Assembly: GCA_017936545.1 (NCBI GenBank)
Contig: JAGBFJ010000059.1
Span: 18,958 to 82,957, forward strand
Reading direction: 5' to 3'
Source of the DNA: Sutterella sp.
Lineage (GTDB): Bacteria > Pseudomonadota > Gammaproteobacteria > Burkholderiales > Burkholderiaceae_F
Length of the DNA stretch: 64,000 nucleotides
In this document: positions 52,498 to 64,000 of the stretch, in pieces
Numbering within the stretch: the first letter of the stretch is position 1
Layout: every line of letters begins with the position of its first letter
Translations under genes and position numbers: made by a program
The notes under the pieces: generated by a model
The model's input: the letters and a program-made list of their open reading frames with translations, nothing else
The model's database searches: none
What the model was told of the DNA's origin: nothing

Positions 52498-53199
52498 TTA
52501 TTCGGCCGGCTTTTCGGCAGCTTCAGGCTGTCCGGCTTCGGCATTCTCAGCCGTTTCGGCAGTCTCGGCTTCTTCAAGCGCCTGGCCGTAGGATTCCGCT
52601 TCCACGTCATCCTCAAAATCCATGTCGCTGAAAACCGCTTCAGCCGTTTCGGGAGCCACGGCAGGCGCCTCGGCCTTCTTTGCGGCCGGCGACTTCACCA
52701 GGCGGGAGGCTTCGACAAGCATGCGCAGAGCCTTGTTGACCGCCTCGGCATTTTCAAAGTAGTCAGCAAGATCGGCGTCCAGCTTCACGATGCCCGACTT
52801 GGCGAAGTCGGAACGTTCGGAAAAGCGCCGCGTTTCAAGCGCACGCGCGCGCGGACCGGAACGCACGCCGAATTCTTCACGGCGGCGCGGACCGCCGAAT
52901 CCCGGCGCCGGACGGCGGTCGCGGCCGAAGCCGCGGCGTTCTCCGCCGAACTCGCGGCGGCCTTCCTCACGGCGCTCGCCGAAGGGACGGCGATCGCCGA
53001 AATCGCGCTTGGCGCCGAAGTCGCGGCGGTCGCCCGCTTCGCGGCGATCCCCGAACTCACGGCGGTCGCTGCGGTCCTGACGGCGGCCGAAACCGCGTTC
53101 GTCGCCGTCGCGGCGATCGGAGAAGCGGCCGCCTTCACGACGGTCGGAGCCAAAGGGAGCCCGGTGCGGGCCGTTGTTCTGCCAGGGTTTGCGATCCAT
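52498..53199 (-). CDS. Hypothetical protein: DRR(E/D)FG repeat region, BrnA/RHH-like segment, acidic tail
   Basis: 233-aa ORF from MDRKPW with its own terminator; core VKLDADLADYFENAEAVNKALRML. Confidence 0.75.
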   Translation of the reverse strand: MDRKPWQNNGPHRAPFGSDRREGGRFSDRRDGDERGFGRRQDRSDRREFGDRREAGDRRDFGAKRDFGDRRPFGERREEGRREFGGERRGFGRDRRPAPGFGGPRRREEFGVRSGPRARALETRRFSERSDFAKSGIVKLDADLADYFENAEAVNKALRMLVEASRLVKSPAAKKAEAPAVAPETAEAVFSDMDFEDDVEAESYGQALEEAETAETAENAEAGQPEAAEKPAE

Positions 53200-53430
53200 G
53201 AAACTCTCGATAAAAAATGCCCGGAAGACCGCTTGGGCGCAGCGTTCGGGGCTTATAAAAGAACTGCAGGACGGCTCTTCGGAGGCGGCCTGCCTCTGTG
53301 TGTATTCGTGCCGCCCCATTCTAAGAGATAACTACGGCGAATTGTGCAAGTCCGACCATTTCGATATAGACTTGATGTACGGACAGAGCAATTGTCCCCG
53401 CAAAAGACCACAACAACAAGAGAGGTGTTT

Positions 53431-53736
53431 ATGACCCAATCTCTGCAAATCGTCTTTCATGGCATCAACCGCTCGCCCGCCGTTGAAGCGGCCGTTACGG
53501 AAAAGGTTGAAGCGTTGCAGCGCTTTGACCATCAGCTCGGTGCCTGCAAGGTGACCATCGGTCAGGAAGGTCATCAGACCATGGGTGCATTCAGCGTTCG
53601 CGTCGACCTCGTCGCTTCGGGGCAGAACGTGATCGTGAACCGCACGAACATGGACGTGATGCTTGCCATCAATGAAGCCTTCGACACCGTCCGCCGCTCA
53701 GTCAAGGAAGAGGCTGACAAGCGTCGGAATCACTGA
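53431..53736 (+). CDS. HPF/RaiA-family ribosome-associated protein
   Basis: LQIVFHGINRSPAVEAAV.EKV..L, F.VRVDL, DVMLAINEAFD..RR; AGAGG SD. Confidence 0.85.
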   Translation: MTQSLQIVFHGINRSPAVEAAVTEKVEALQRFDHQLGACKVTIGQEGHQTMGAFSVRVDLVASGQNVIVNRTNMDVMLAINEAFDTVRRSVKEEADKRRNH

Positions 53737-53780
53737 CGACAGTTCTGAGGCGCCGCCCGTCCGGGCGGCCTGAACCAATC

Positions 53781-53808
53781 AGCGCCGGAAATCTCCGGCG
53801 CTTTTTTT
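53781..53808 (+). terminator. Terminator after the HPF-like gene
   Basis: AGCGCCGGA AATC TCCGGCGCT TTTTTT. Confidence 0.8.
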
Positions 53809-53865
53809 GTGCTCAGTCTTAAAAACCAAAAGCCCGACAGGCGCTGACCTGACGGGCTTTGAAAC

Positions 53866-53941
53866 TGGCGTCCCCACGGGGATTCGAACCCCGGTACCGA
53901 CCGTGAAAGGGTCGTGTCCTAGGCCTCTAGACGATAGGGAC
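53866..53941 (-). tRNA. tRNA-Glu(TTC)
   Basis: GTCCCTATCGTCTAGAGGCCTAGGACACGACCCTTTCACGG...GGGACGCCA, 76 nt. Confidence 0.97.
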
Positions 53942-53950
53942 CTTGTGTCT

Positions 53951-54026
<76 letters not shown>

Positions 54027-54158
54027 AAAACTGTTGAGGCATGAATACTAGCACACAATTTCGTGCTCGTGTCCATTTTTTCGCACTTTTTTTGAAGCTG
54101 CTGTGCAGGCAGCCCGCCCGCCTTTCATCCGTCCGACGCTGATCGGCCGAAAGAAGGA

Positions 54159-54234
54159 TGGCGTCCCCACGGGGATTCGAACCCCGGTACCGACCGTGAA
54201 AGGGTCGTGTCCTAGGCCTCTAGACGATAGGGAC
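54159..54234 (-). tRNA. tRNA-Glu(TTC), second copy
   Basis: Same sequence as 53866-53941. Confidence 0.97.
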
Positions 54235-54241
54235 TTTGTCT

Positions 54242-54319
<78 letters not shown>

Positions 54320-54516
54320 GATCAGAGAAGCAAAACTATACCAGAATTTTCCTAGAAATGCAAAACAATATGTAACTGAATGTAACAAACTCTTCGGAAG
54401 TCCGTCCAATATCTCTCCCGCAGACAGTCCTTCCGAAGAAAGCAGCAGTAAGATTAACCATCCGCCCGCTGCGAACGGCTCACGGATTCCTTCCTATTTC
54501 TTTCCGGACATCACCA

Positions 54517-55695
54517 ATGAACATCCTTCCTGAAATTGCCGCGCATTTTGAGGAAGACCGCGCGCTTCGCCGCGATCTGCATGCGCATCCCGAAATTGCT
54601 TATGAAGAAACCCGCACTGCGGGCATCATTGCCGAGAAACTTCGCAGCTGGGGCATCGAGGTTCACGAAGGCATCGGCAAAACGGGCGTCGTCGGCGTGC
54701 TTCGTAACGGAAGCGGCACCGGCCGCATCGGACTGCGTGCCGACATGGATGCGCTGCCAATGACCGAAGCCAATACCTTCGCTCACGCATCCGCGAATCC
54801 CGGCGCGTTCCACGGCTGCGGGCATGACGGTCACGTCGCCACTCTGCTGGCCGCCGCCCGCTATCTAGCCTCTACCCGCCGCTTCAGCGGAACGGTGATC
54901 TTTGTTTTCCAGCCGGCCGAGGAAAGCCGCGGAGGCTGTTCGGCAATGATTGCCGACGGTCTTCTCGAAAAATTCCCCGCCGACCGCTATTTCGGTTTTC
55001 ACAACTGGCCGGGCGTACCGTCGGGCACGGCGGCGACTCGTCCGGGCGCCCTGATGGCGAGTTCCAACCGCTTCCGCATCCGCATGCGCGGCAAAGGCAG
55101 TCACGGCGCCATGCCGCATCTCGGTCAGGATCCGGTCTTCACGCTGATCCAGACGGCGCAGGCTCTGCAGGGCATCATTACCCGCAACAAAAATCCGCTT
55201 GACGCCTCGGTCATGTCGATCTGCCACATCACTGCCGGCACCACAGACAACGTAACACCGTCCGAAGCCTTCATGGAAGGCACGCTGCGCACTTTTGACA
55301 ACGCCGTCACCGATCTGATCGAAGAACGCATGCGCCGCATCGTCGAATGCACGGCGGCCGCCTGGAACAATACCGCCGAACTCGAATTCACCCGCCAGTA
55401 TCCGGTTCTCAAAAACGACCCCGAAGCCGCTCGTCTCGCGGCCGAAGCCGCACGCGAAATCACCGACGTCAATGCCGACTGTGATCCCGTGATGCCGTCG
55501 GAAGACTTTTCCTTCCTTGCCAATGCCGCACCTTCCGCCTTCATGTTCCTCGGCGCAGGCGACGGCAGTCACCGCGATCCCGGCCACGGCGACGGTCCCT
55601 GTGCGCTGCACAACCCGTCCTATGACTTTGATGACAATCTGATTCCGGTGGGGGCAAGCATTTTCGCCCGCATTGTCGAGCGCAACCTCGTCTGA
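54517..55695 (+). CDS. M20 aminoacylase/hippurate hydrolase-family amidohydrolase
   Basis: LHAHPE, LRADMDALP, HGCGHDGH, FQPAEE, HNWP, SEDF, LHNP. Confidence 0.92.
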   Translation: MNILPEIAAHFEEDRALRRDLHAHPEIAYEETRTAGIIAEKLRSWGIEVHEGIGKTGVVGVLRNGSGTGRIGLRADMDALPMTEANTFAHASANPGAFHGCGHDGHVATLLAAARYLASTRRFSGTVIFVFQPAEESRGGCSAMIADGLLEKFPADRYFGFHNWPGVPSGTAATRPGALMASSNRFRIRMRGKGSHGAMPHLGQDPVFTLIQTAQALQGIITRNKNPLDASVMSICHITAGTTDNVTPSEAFMEGTLRTFDNAVTDLIEERMRRIVECTAAAWNNTAELEFTRQYPVLKNDPEAARLAAEAAREITDVNADCDPVMPSEDFSFLANAAPSAFMFLGAGDGSHRDPGHGDGPCALHNPSYDFDDNLIPVGASIFARIVERNLV

Positions 55696-55713
55696 GCACG
55701 CGCCTTTTCTTTC

Positions 55714-55749
55714 AGCCCGCACGCCGCAGCAGCCCGTGCGGGCTTTTTT
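55714..55749 (+). terminator. Intrinsic terminator
   Basis: AGCCCGCACG...CGTGCGGGCT TTTTT. Confidence 0.75.
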
Positions 55750-55828
55750 CTGCCTGTCCGAACCTGAACCGCGCAAACGGGACGGCTTTGCGCTAGGCTT
55801 TGCCAACAGTCTTTTTACTTTTTGAGTC

Positions 55829-58800
55829 ATGACGAATACGGTTCCGACTGCCTCGGAGACGGCGAAGATCTCCTCCGACGGCGAAATCCGCATCCGCGGT
55901 GCCAGGCAGAACAATCTTAAGAATCTCGACCTGAATCTGAAGACCGGCGAATTTACCGTTGTCACCGGTCTCTCCGGCTCCGGAAAAAGTTCGCTGGTGT
56001 TCGATACGCTCTACGCGGAAGGTCAGCGGCGATACGTCGAAACGTTCAGTCCCTACGCCAGACAGTTCCTTGACCGCATGGACCGGCCCAAGGTCGACCG
56101 CATCGAAGGCGTTCCTCCCGCCATCGCCATCGACCAGAACGGCGTCGTCCGCACCTCCCGTTCGACTGTCGGCACGATGACCGAACTCAACGACCATATC
56201 AAGCTGCTGTTCGCTCATCATGCAGCCCTTTATTGTCCCGGCTGCGGACGCAGGGTTCGTGAACATACGCCTCAAAGCATTTGGGAAGACATCGGCATTC
56301 GCCTGGCCGATACTCCGGCAGGAGCGGACAGCCGCATCTACATCACGTTCGACCTCACGGTCCCGAAGTCTCTCCCCGTCGAAACAGCTGAAAACGGACT
56401 TTCCGCGCAGGGCTTCACGCACATCCTGGCAAGAACGCCGTGCAAAGACGGGACGGTGCTGACCGTCGCCGCAGACCGGTTCCGTGCATCGGGCGCAGAG
56501 CGCATCCGCGCGATCGAAGCCGTCGAGCATGCCCTTGAAAAGGGCGCCGGCAGCATGGCCGTGTACACGGCCGAAAACGGCTGCATGACTCTGCTGGCCC
56601 GATACCGCCGCGGCTTCGTCTGTGCCGACTGCGGAATCAGCTTCGAAAAACCGGCACCCGCCCTCTTCAGCTTCAATTCTCCGCTCGGAGCATGCGAAAC
56701 CTGCCGAGGATTCGGCCGCATCATCAGTGTAGATCCTGATCTCGTCATTCCCGACCGCACGAAAACACTGTCCGAAGGCGCGGTGAAGCCTTGGACCACC
56801 AATGCCTTCAAGGAATGCCAGGAGGAACTTCTCGCATATGCGGCCAAGCGGGGCGTCAGCGTCACGACGCCCTATGAGGAACTGAGCGAAAAAGATCGCA
56901 ACTGGGTCTGGAACGGCGATGAAGACTGGAGCGGCAAATGGCAGAGCCAGTGGTACGGCGTCAAGCACTTCTTTGAATGGCTTGAAACCAAAGCCTACAA
57001 GATGCACGTTCGCGTGCTTCTCTCTCGGTATCGTTCCTATACGCGATGTCCCAACTGCGGAGGTTCGCATCTGAAGCAGCCTTCCCTCTTTTGGCGCTAC
57101 GGCTCTTACGAGGAACGCCGGATCATTTCCGGGCAAGCAGAAAACATCCGCTTCAAGCCGTTCGGCATGGCGCTGACGGATGCCGGGTATGACGCCCTGC
57201 CCGGATTCAACTTTCATGAGCTGATGATGCTTCCCGTCAGTCTCCTAAGAACCTTTTTTGCCGGTCGGAGAAGCGCGGCGGATGAAGCCGAAGGCATGCT
57301 GATCGACGAAATCGTCTCACGGCTCGGTTTTCTCTGTGATGTCGGCGTCGGTTATCTCACGCTTGACCGTCAAAGCCGAACGCTCTCCGGCGGCGAAGTG
57401 CAGCGCGTCAATCTGACTACGGCGCTCGGCACGTCTCTCGTCAACACGCTGTTCGTTCTGGATGAGCCGAGCATCGGCCTTCATCCTCGCGACATGGACC
57501 GCGTCAACGCCGTCATGCGGCGCCTCAAGTCAGCCGGCAATACTCTCGTAGTCGTCGAGCATGATCCTCAGGTCATGCTCGCAGCCGATCGCCTGATCGA
57601 CATGGGACCGGGAGCCGGGGCCTCGGGCGGACGCATCATTTTCGACGGCACCACCCGTGAAGCACTCAGCGGCACAACGCTCACGGCCGACTATCTTTCC
57701 GGCCGAAAACGCATCACTCGCCCTGCCCCCCGTCCCGTCACTGAACGTTCTCCGCGGCTCATTCTCCGCGGCGCAGCAGAGCACAATCTCCGTCATATCG
57801 ACGCCGTTTTCCCTCTCAAGGCCTTCGTGGCCGTTGCCGGCGTTTCCGGTTCAGGAAAATCCACGCTGATTTCCGACATCCTCGTTCCTGCTCTTGAACG
57901 AAGGCTAGGGAAAAGCACGGCGGCACCCGGCGCCTTCGATACGATTGAAGGCAGTCTTCCCACCGATGTCATCTTTGTCGATCAGAGTCCGATAGGCCGG
58001 ACTACCCGCGGCAATCCAGTGAGCTATGTCGGAAGCTTCGACGGCATCCGCCGGCTTTTTGCCGGGACTCCGGCCGCGAAGGTCGAGGAACTCGGATATG
58101 CGGATTTTTCGTTCAACACCGGCAAGGGCCGCTGTCCGGTCTGCGGAGGCTCGGGCTCCGAACACGTCGAGATGCAATTCCTGTCCGACGTTTATCTGCC
58201 TTGTCCGGAATGCGGAGGCAAACGCTATACCGATCAGGCGCTTTCCGTCAAACTGAGACTGGCTGACGACTGCGACTACAGCATCGCCGATGTTTTGGAT
58301 CTGACTGTCGAACGGGCCTGGGAACTGTTTGCCGCCTATCCGGACATCACGGCAGGGCTCGGGCACCTGCGGTCCGTCGGTCTGGGATATCTGACGCTCG
58401 GGCAGCCCCTCACCACTCTGTCCGGCGGCGAACGGCAGCGCCTCAAGCTGGCCGGTCATCTTGCCGCCGGTCTGCGTGCCTCACGCAGCGGCCCCGGAAA
58501 ACTCTTCGTTTTTGACGAACCGACGACCGGTCTGCACTTTGCCGACATCGCCACGCTCATCCGAATTTTTGACGCACTGGTCGTCATGGGGCATTCGGTG
58601 ATCGTTATCGAGCACAATCTCGATGTGCTCAACTGCGCCGACTGGATCATCGAACTCGGTCCGGACGGAGGAAGCGCAGGCGGTCAGATCGTTTTTGAAG
58701 GCACGCCGGACGGCATAGCGTCTTCAGAAGATTCTCCGACGGGCCGTGCACTGGCGGCCTGGCGCCTCACCGTCCAGGGAGACCGTTCCAGGGAAAACTT

Positions 58801-61489
58801 CTTCAACCTGCCTCCTGCGGAAGGTTCTTCCGTCCGAAGCGGGTCAGACTGCGCAATCAGCGTTTCCGGCGCCCGCGAACATAATCTGCGCAATCTCTCC
58901 GTCTCCATTCCGCGCAACTGTTTTACGGCCGTCACCGGGCCTTCGGGCTCAGGCAAGTCCACGCTGGCTTTTGACATCGTCTTCGCCGAAGGTCAGCGCC
59001 GATATCTTGAATCGCTCAATGCCTATGCCCGCTCGATGGTTCAGCCGCCTCCGGTACCCGATGTCGATGCCGTCCGCGGCATACCGCCTACCGTCGCAAT
59101 TGAACAGAGAACTTCGCGAGGCGGGCTCAGATCCACCGTCGCCACCATGACGGAGCTTTATCACTTTCTGCGTCTTCTCTTCGTCAAACTGGGCACGCAG
59201 TACTGTCCCGACTGCGGCATGCCCGCAGCTCAGCAGACCAAGGAAAGCATCGTCACCGCCCTGAAGCGGGACTTCGGCACTCGCACGATTGAAGTGCTGG
59301 CCCCAATTATTCGCCGTCAGAAGGGTGCGTTCCGTGCTGAACTTGCTGCAGCCGCAGCATCGGGCTTCTCCGTCGTCCGCATCGACGGCGGATATGCCGA
59401 TGTGTCCGGACGTACCGTCCGTCTTGAGCGCTACAGCGAGCACGATATCGAACTTCCGATGGGCTGCTGCCGCGCTGATGACCGGGCCCTGTCCGACCTG
59501 GTCGCTGCAGCTCTGGTTCAGGGGCACGGGCGCCTGATCGCCACGGAACATCTTCCTACGGACGACAACACATCCAGACGCGGCCAGAATGTCACGCTTT
59601 ACGCCGGTCCGCATGCCGGTGAAGTTTTCTACTCCACGATGAGTGCCTGTCCGAGCTGTCTGAAGAGTTTCCCCTCTCTCGATCCGAGACTCTTTTCCTA
59701 CAATGCCACGCTCGGCGCTTGTCCGGTTTGTTCCGGATACGGGCTTTTGACCGCTGCTCTCAAAAAAGCTCAGAAAGCCGATGAAGCCTTTGCAGAAGAA
59801 CTCTCCGATACGGGCGAGGAAAAGGAAATCTGCCCGTCATGCCGCGGCGCCCGCCTCAACCCCGTCGCCCGTTCCGTTCGGTGGCAGGGACGAGGCATTG
59901 CCGATTTCGGAGCCATGACCATCGATGAAGCGGCGGCTTTTTTCAAAAAACTGAAACTGAAAAGCCGAGAAGAGGCTATCGGACGTGATGCCGTGGAAGA
60001 AATCCGATCTCGCCTCGGTTTCCTGCAGAGCGTGGGACTGGGTTATCTGACGCTGGACAGAAGCGCTCCTACGCTGTCGGGAGGCGAAGCCCAGCGCATA
60101 CGCCTTGCCGCCCAGCTCGGCAGCAACCTTCGAGGCGTCTGCTACGTGCTTGATGAGCCGACGATCGGCCTGCACCCGCGGGACAACGGCATTCTGCTTG
60201 ACGCGATAACCCGGCTCACAGAGAAAGGCAATACGCTGCTCGTCGTTGAACACGATGAGGATACGATCCGCCGCGCCGATCATATCGTCGACATCGGCCC
60301 GGGCTCGGGTGTCCGCGGAGGAAAACTTGTCGCAGAAGGCACGCTCGAAGACATTATGTCTTCAGAGGAATCGCTGACCGGACGGTATCTGAAAGCCCCG
60401 GCGGTTCACACAGGCCGGCCTGAAACGGTTTTCTCGGCGGAGCAGGATCCGAAAATCACCATTGTCGAGCCGCACATTCACAATTTGAGCGGCGGCCGTA
60501 TTGATGTTCCTATCGGCCGGCTGACTGTTGTCACCGGCGTCTCCGGCTCAGGAAAATCCACGCTGACTCGGGATGTACTCTATGAAAATCTTCACAGAGC
60601 AGTCTCGGCCAAGCACAAGGAGGTTGTCTGGACAGGCTGCAACGGCATAGAAGGACACGAGCAGATCGACCGCGTGCTTGAAGTTGACCAGACCCCGATC
60701 GGCAAAACACCCCGATCCTGTCCTGCCACATATGTCGGCTTTTTCGACAGCATCCGCACGCTTTTTGCAGGTACGCCGGAAGGCGAAGCTCGAGGCTACG
60801 GCGCAGGAAGATTTTCGTTCAACAATGTCGGCGGCCGTTGCGAAGCCTGCGGCGGTCAGGGCCTGAGAACCATCGAAATGGCTTTCCTGCCGGATGTCAA
60901 GGTTCCGTGCGAAGTCTGCGGCGGCGCTCGTTTCAACCCTGAAACATTAGCCGTCACATGGAAAGAGAAAAGCATCGGGGACGTTCTCTCCATGCAGATT
61001 GATGATGCTGCGGCATTCTTTGAATCGATGCCCAATATTGCTCATCCTCTCAAGCTGATGCAGGAAATCGGTCTCGGATATCTGACGTTGGGGCAGCCGT
61101 CGCCGACACTCTCCGGCGGGGAAGCGCAGCGCATCAAACTTGTCACCGAACTGACCAAAGTTCGGGATGACCTTACACGCCGCGGGCGGCGTCAGCCCCA
61201 CACGCTCTATGTTCTGGACGAGCCGACGGTAGGTCTGCACATGGCGGATGTCGCCAGACTCACCGCCGTTCTGAAGCGTCTGGTCGCCGCCGGCAATACC
61301 GTCGTCGTGGTTGAGCATAATCTCGATGTGATGGCAGAAGCCGACTGGATCATCGATATGGGGCCGGAAGGCGGAACCGGAGGCGGCGCTGCAATCGCCT
61401 GCGGAATTCCTGCCGATGTCGCCAAGACCTCCACTCATACAGGCAAAGCTCTCAAGGCTTTTCTTAAGACCCATCGGGCGAAGAAATAG
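55829..61489 (+). CDS. uvrA: Double-length excinuclease ABC subunit A
   Basis: Four Walker A motifs (GxSGSGKS), four LSGGE signatures, several CxxC zinc fingers, 1886 aa. Confidence 0.93.
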   Translation: MTNTVPTASETAKISSDGEIRIRGARQNNLKNLDLNLKTGEFTVVTGLSGSGKSSLVFDTLYAEGQRRYVETFSPYARQFLDRMDRPKVDRIEGVPPAIAIDQNGVVRTSRSTVGTMTELNDHIKLLFAHHAALYCPGCGRRVREHTPQSIWEDIGIRLADTPAGADSRIYITFDLTVPKSLPVETAENGLSAQGFTHILARTPCKDGTVLTVAADRFRASGAERIRAIEAVEHALEKGAGSMAVYTAENGCMTLLARYRRGFVCADCGISFEKPAPALFSFNSPLGACETCRGFGRIISVDPDLVIPDRTKTLSEGAVKPWTTNAFKECQEELLAYAAKRGVSVTTPYEELSEKDRNWVWNGDEDWSGKWQSQWYGVKHFFEWLETKAYKMHVRVLLSRYRSYTRCPNCGGSHLKQPSLFWRYGSYEERRIISGQAENIRFKPFGMALTDAGYDALPGFNFHELMMLPVSLLRTFFAGRRSAADEAEGMLIDEIVSRLGFLCDVGVGYLTLDRQSRTLSGGEVQRVNLTTALGTSLVNTLFVLDEPSIGLHPRDMDRVNAVMRRLKSAGNTLVVVEHDPQVMLAADRLIDMGPGAGASGGRIIFDGTTREALSGTTLTADYLSGRKRITRPAPRPVTERSPRLILRGAAEHNLRHIDAVFPLKAFVAVAGVSGSGKSTLISDILVPALERRLGKSTAAPGAFDTIEGSLPTDVIFVDQSPIGRTTRGNPVSYVGSFDGIRRLFAGTPAAKVEELGYADFSFNTGKGRCPVCGGSGSEHVEMQFLSDVYLPCPECGGKRYTDQALSVKLRLADDCDYSIADVLDLTVERAWELFAAYPDITAGLGHLRSVGLGYLTLGQPLTTLSGGERQRLKLAGHLAAGLRASRSGPGKLFVFDEPTTGLHFADIATLIRIFDALVVMGHSVIVIEHNLDVLNCADWIIELGPDGGSAGGQIVFEGTPDGIASSEDSPTGRALAAWRLTVQGDRSRENFFNLPPAEGSSVRSGSDCAISVSGAREHNLRNLSVSIPRNCFTAVTGPSGSGKSTLAFDIVFAEGQRRYLESLNAYARSMVQPPPVPDVDAVRGIPPTVAIEQRTSRGGLRSTVATMTELYHFLRLLFVKLGTQYCPDCGMPAAQQTKESIVTALKRDFGTRTIEVLAPIIRRQKGAFRAELAAAAASGFSVVRIDGGYADVSGRTVRLERYSEHDIELPMGCCRADDRALSDLVAAALVQGHGRLIATEHLPTDDNTSRRGQNVTLYAGPHAGEVFYSTMSACPSCLKSFPSLDPRLFSYNATLGACPVCSGYGLLTAALKKAQKADEAFAEELSDTGEEKEICPSCRGARLNPVARSVRWQGRGIADFGAMTIDEAAAFFKKLKLKSREEAIGRDAVEEIRSRLGFLQSVGLGYLTLDRSAPTLSGGEAQRIRLAAQLGSNLRGVCYVLDEPTIGLHPRDNGILLDAITRLTEKGNTLLVVEHDEDTIRRADHIVDIGPGSGVRGGKLVAEGTLEDIMSSEESLTGRYLKAPAVHTGRPETVFSAEQDPKITIVEPHIHNLSGGRIDVPIGRLTVVTGVSGSGKSTLTRDVLYENLHRAVSAKHKEVVWTGCNGIEGHEQIDRVLEVDQTPIGKTPRSCPATYVGFFDSIRTLFAGTPEGEARGYGAGRFSFNNVGGRCEACGGQGLRTIEMAFLPDVKVPCEVCGGARFNPETLAVTWKEKSIGDVLSMQIDDAAAFFESMPNIAHPLKLMQEIGLGYLTLGQPSPTLSGGEAQRIKLVTELTKVRDDLTRRGRRQPHTLYVLDEPTVGLHMADVARLTAVLKRLVAAGNTVVVVEHNLDVMAEADWIIDMGPEGGTGGGAAIACGIPADVAKTSTHTGKALKAFLKTHRAKK

Positions 61490-61517
61490 AGTCCGGCATT
61501 TCCATGCTCAGAAACTC

Positions 61518-61542
61518 AAGGGCGGTCCTCAGACCGCCCTTT
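61518..61542. terminator. Hairpin between convergent uvrA and lptG
   Basis: AAGGGCGGTC CTCA GACCGCCCTT. Confidence 0.7.
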
Positions 61543-61561
61543 AATTATCGGTTTAAGCTTC

Positions 61562-62701
61562 TTACCTGCGTTCCACCATGTACATGGCTGCCGCAGCAAT
61601 GATCAGCATGGATATCGTCGGTACCAGACACACCACAATCGGAGACCAGGTATTCAGAACGCCGAGATAAGAGAACAGATTGTTCATAGCATAGAAAACA
61701 ATGCCGATCATCACGCCGAGGAAGATTTTTATGGCAACGCCTCCGGATCTGGCATTCATATAGGCAAACGGCATCGACAGAGCAATCATCACGAGCGTAG
61801 CCAACGGATAAAAAGCCTTATTCCAGAAAGCGACCTCGTAGTGCTCGGTCTGCTGGTTGTTCTTTTTCAGATGTGTCACATAACGATCCAAATCCCTCAT
61901 CGACATCGTATCGGGCTTCGCCGTCATCACGCCGAGGATATCAGGACCAAGTGAGGAGCGAAGAAGATAATGATCGGACTTTTCCAGCTTGACTGCCGAC
62001 TTGGTCGGACGATTGTCTCCCCGGTTCATTTCCGGATAGATGTAGCGTTCAACCTGATGAAGCGTCCATCCTTTGCCTTCCTCAAAAGAGGCAGAATCCG
62101 ACTGAATCAGCACCTTGAGCCGACCGTTCGGATCGAATTCAAACATTCTCCATCCGCCCGTTTCCCCCTGATTCGAAGCTTTCAGATATTTGACGTTGAT
62201 GTAGCGGTCCACATCCTCGCCTGCTTCATTTTTCGTGACATCACGAATCCACACGCCGGAGGAATAGCCGCGAGCAGTCAGATTTTCATTATGCCGTGCT
62301 GCCGATTTCACTTCCTGGGCATAACGCTCTGCCGGCGGCGAAGCAAATTCCCCGAAGAAATAAGTGAGAGCCACGAGAATCAGACCGGGGAGAAGAAGCG
62401 AAACGGCAAGGCTGACCGGCGACAGACCTGCAACGCGAAGTACCGTAAATTCGGAATTTGCAGCCCAGCGCGACATAACGTAGACAGAAGCGAGCAGCGC
62501 GGCAAGAGGCATCACTTCATAAATACGAGCCGGGAGACTGAGGGCAGTCAGCATAAATGCCTGCCCCATGGTCCTGCCTGAGCCGACATCGTCCAGCTGA
62601 CCGATCAGATCAAAGAAGGCAAAAAGCGCAACCAGCGCAACCAGCACAAAGGCGGTCGAAAGCAGAATTTCCTTCGTAAACTGTTTGGTAATGACTCTCA
62701 T
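61562..62701 (-). CDS. lptG: LPS export permease LptG
   Basis: LFAFFDLIGQL, SEFTVLRVAG, GVWIRD, PFAYMNARSGG. Confidence 0.93.
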   Translation of the reverse strand: MRVITKQFTKEILLSTAFVLVALVALFAFFDLIGQLDDVGSGRTMGQAFMLTALSLPARIYEVMPLAALLASVYVMSRWAANSEFTVLRVAGLSPVSLAVSLLLPGLILVALTYFFGEFASPPAERYAQEVKSAARHNENLTARGYSSGVWIRDVTKNEAGEDVDRYINVKYLKASNQGETGGWRMFEFDPNGRLKVLIQSDSASFEEGKGWTLHQVERYIYPEMNRGDNRPTKSAVKLEKSDHYLLRSSLGPDILGVMTAKPDTMSMRDLDRYVTHLKKNNQQTEHYEVAFWNKAFYPLATLVMIALSMPFAYMNARSGGVAIKIFLGVMIGIVFYAMNNLFSYLGVLNTWSPIVVCLVPTISMLIIAAAAMYMVERR

Positions 62702-63832
62702 TTATTTGCCCTCCCTGGCGGAAAGGCGGTGACGCCAGTACCAGACGTTGGCCCAGACAGGCAGCCAGCGCATCATCCACACCCGCCGCACGAAAAAGAG
62801 CACGCAGAGCAGGAAAACAAAGCCGTGAAGAATGATCAGGCCGCTGACATAGTTGAAGCGTCCCTGTTCAATCCAGGTCTGCATAACTGAAATGCCGTTG
62901 AGGTAGAGGATAAAAACAAGCGCTGCCACAATGAGGTTCAGACTGCGACCGGCTCGCGGACTGGATGCCGACAGAGGAATCGCGAAGAGAGCCAGCATAA
63001 GAGCAGAAACAGGCCAGGAAAAGCGCCAGAAAATTTCTCCCTGCTGCTCGTTCGTCATACCGGCAAACAGAACTGTCATCGGCTGGGCCGAGGTCTTTCT
63101 GGCTTCAAGCGGCGCGTCAATCTTAATGTCGAGCCTCATGCCGTACTCATCGAACTCCACCAGTCTGGTAGCCGGAGATCCGACGTCTGTTTCATACCGA
63201 CGGCCGTTATGGAGAACGATATAGCGATCTCCTTCCGCATTGATCTCAATGGAGCCGCTGTCAGCCGTCACTGTGGATTCACCTTTCGACGTGCGCTCGG
63301 CAAGAAAAATACGCCCGACCTCATTGGCATTGCTGCCCGCAGACTCAATGAAAAAGACACGGCGGCCGCCCATCGATTCGATGAAGCGCCCCGGCGACAA
63401 TCGATTGACCTCGTCACGCTGAGCAAACTGCGTGCGCGTCACTTCACTCTGTGAGCGGGCCCACGGTGAAATCACCACAGAAAGGACACCGATCGAGAGA
63501 ATCAGCGGCACGGAGAAACGCAGCACAGGGCCGATCCATGCCAGCAGCGACTGACCGCCGGAGCAGAACCAGACCACCATCTCATTGTCCTGCCACCATC
63601 GCATGAGCGTCATCAGAACGGCAATAAACAATGACAGCGACAGAAGAGGAGGAAGATTCGTCAGGGCGTTATAAAGCACCATCTGCAGCACCGCCGTATT
63701 ATCGATACGACCGCCTGCCGCAAGGCTGAGAATGCGCACCATACCCACTGCCATCACAATGGTAAAGAGCACGGTAAAGACTCCGCCTGCGCTGTTAGCC
63801 AGCTCGGAGACCATGGAACGCTTAAAAATCAT
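62702..63832 (-). CDS. lptF: LPS export permease LptF
   Basis: MIFKRS..ELA, DNEMVVW, PGRFIES, GRRYE, AIPLS..PRAGRS. Confidence 0.93.
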   Translation of the reverse strand: MIFKRSMVSELANSAGGVFTVLFTIVMAVGMVRILSLAAGGRIDNTAVLQMVLYNALTNLPPLLSLSLFIAVLMTLMRWWQDNEMVVWFCSGGQSLLAWIGPVLRFSVPLILSIGVLSVVISPWARSQSEVTRTQFAQRDEVNRLSPGRFIESMGGRRVFFIESAGSNANEVGRIFLAERTSKGESTVTADSGSIEINAEGDRYIVLHNGRRYETDVGSPATRLVEFDEYGMRLDIKIDAPLEARKTSAQPMTVLFAGMTNEQQGEIFWRFSWPVSALMLALFAIPLSASSPRAGRSLNLIVAALVFILYLNGISVMQTWIEQGRFNYVSGLIILHGFVFLLCVLFFVRRVWMMRWLPVWANVWYWRHRLSAREGK

Positions 63833-64000
63833 TCGGAATATCCGCTCAAAAAGGAGTGGGCGCCGGGAAGGGATTTAACATCCCTGCGGAGACGGCGGAG
63901 AGAACCCGCATGCTGCGGCCTCATCAGACGCCGGACATCCGTACCGCGGCGATGACAGTGGAATGATTTTAGACGAAAAGCCGTAGAACAGATCCCCGAT

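Noticed and set aside
52880-53150. 18-bp periodic repeats as a possible CRISPR array
   Set aside because: Degenerate in-frame coding repeats with no spacers and no cas genes.
55750-55828. LexA box upstream of uvrA
   Set aside because: CTGT and ACAG are present but not at 8-nt spacing.

Overview
A GC-rich betaproteobacterial core-chromosome segment, probably from a Sutterellaceae-like gut anaerobe (inferred from gene order, a Tat-exported flavin reductase and a compact RNase P RNA). It holds the start of the dcw cluster (mraZ-rsmH-ftsL-ftsI-murE-murF), an ADP-forming acyl-CoA synthetase, rnpB, hemL, a DsbD-family protein, dacB, groES-groEL, pyrF, three tandem CNNM/CorB genes, the glyA-nrdR-ribD-ribE / ribH-nusB-thiL-pgpA-pncC block, dtd, tyrS, an M23 peptidase, anmK, gltBD, erpA, rplM-rpsI, marC, glpKD, an HPF-like gene, two tRNA-Ala/tRNA-Glu pairs, an M20 hydrolase, a double-length UvrA and lptFG. 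I saw no mobile element, prophage or CRISPR array. The most unusual items are: (1) a PagP lipid A palmitoyltransferase fused to a second beta-barrel; (2) an Arg/Gly/Phe-repeat protein with an orphan antitoxin-like core and acidic tail, divergent from the HPF-like gene; (3) GlpD with an 11-Cys metallothionein-like tail; (4) a decayed flavoprotein plus multiheme cytochrome c relic that the ORF track misses; (5) a translationally coupled, divergent CNNM pair behind a structured leader; (6) falling GC toward the right end. All calls come from reading motifs by eye; no searches were run.
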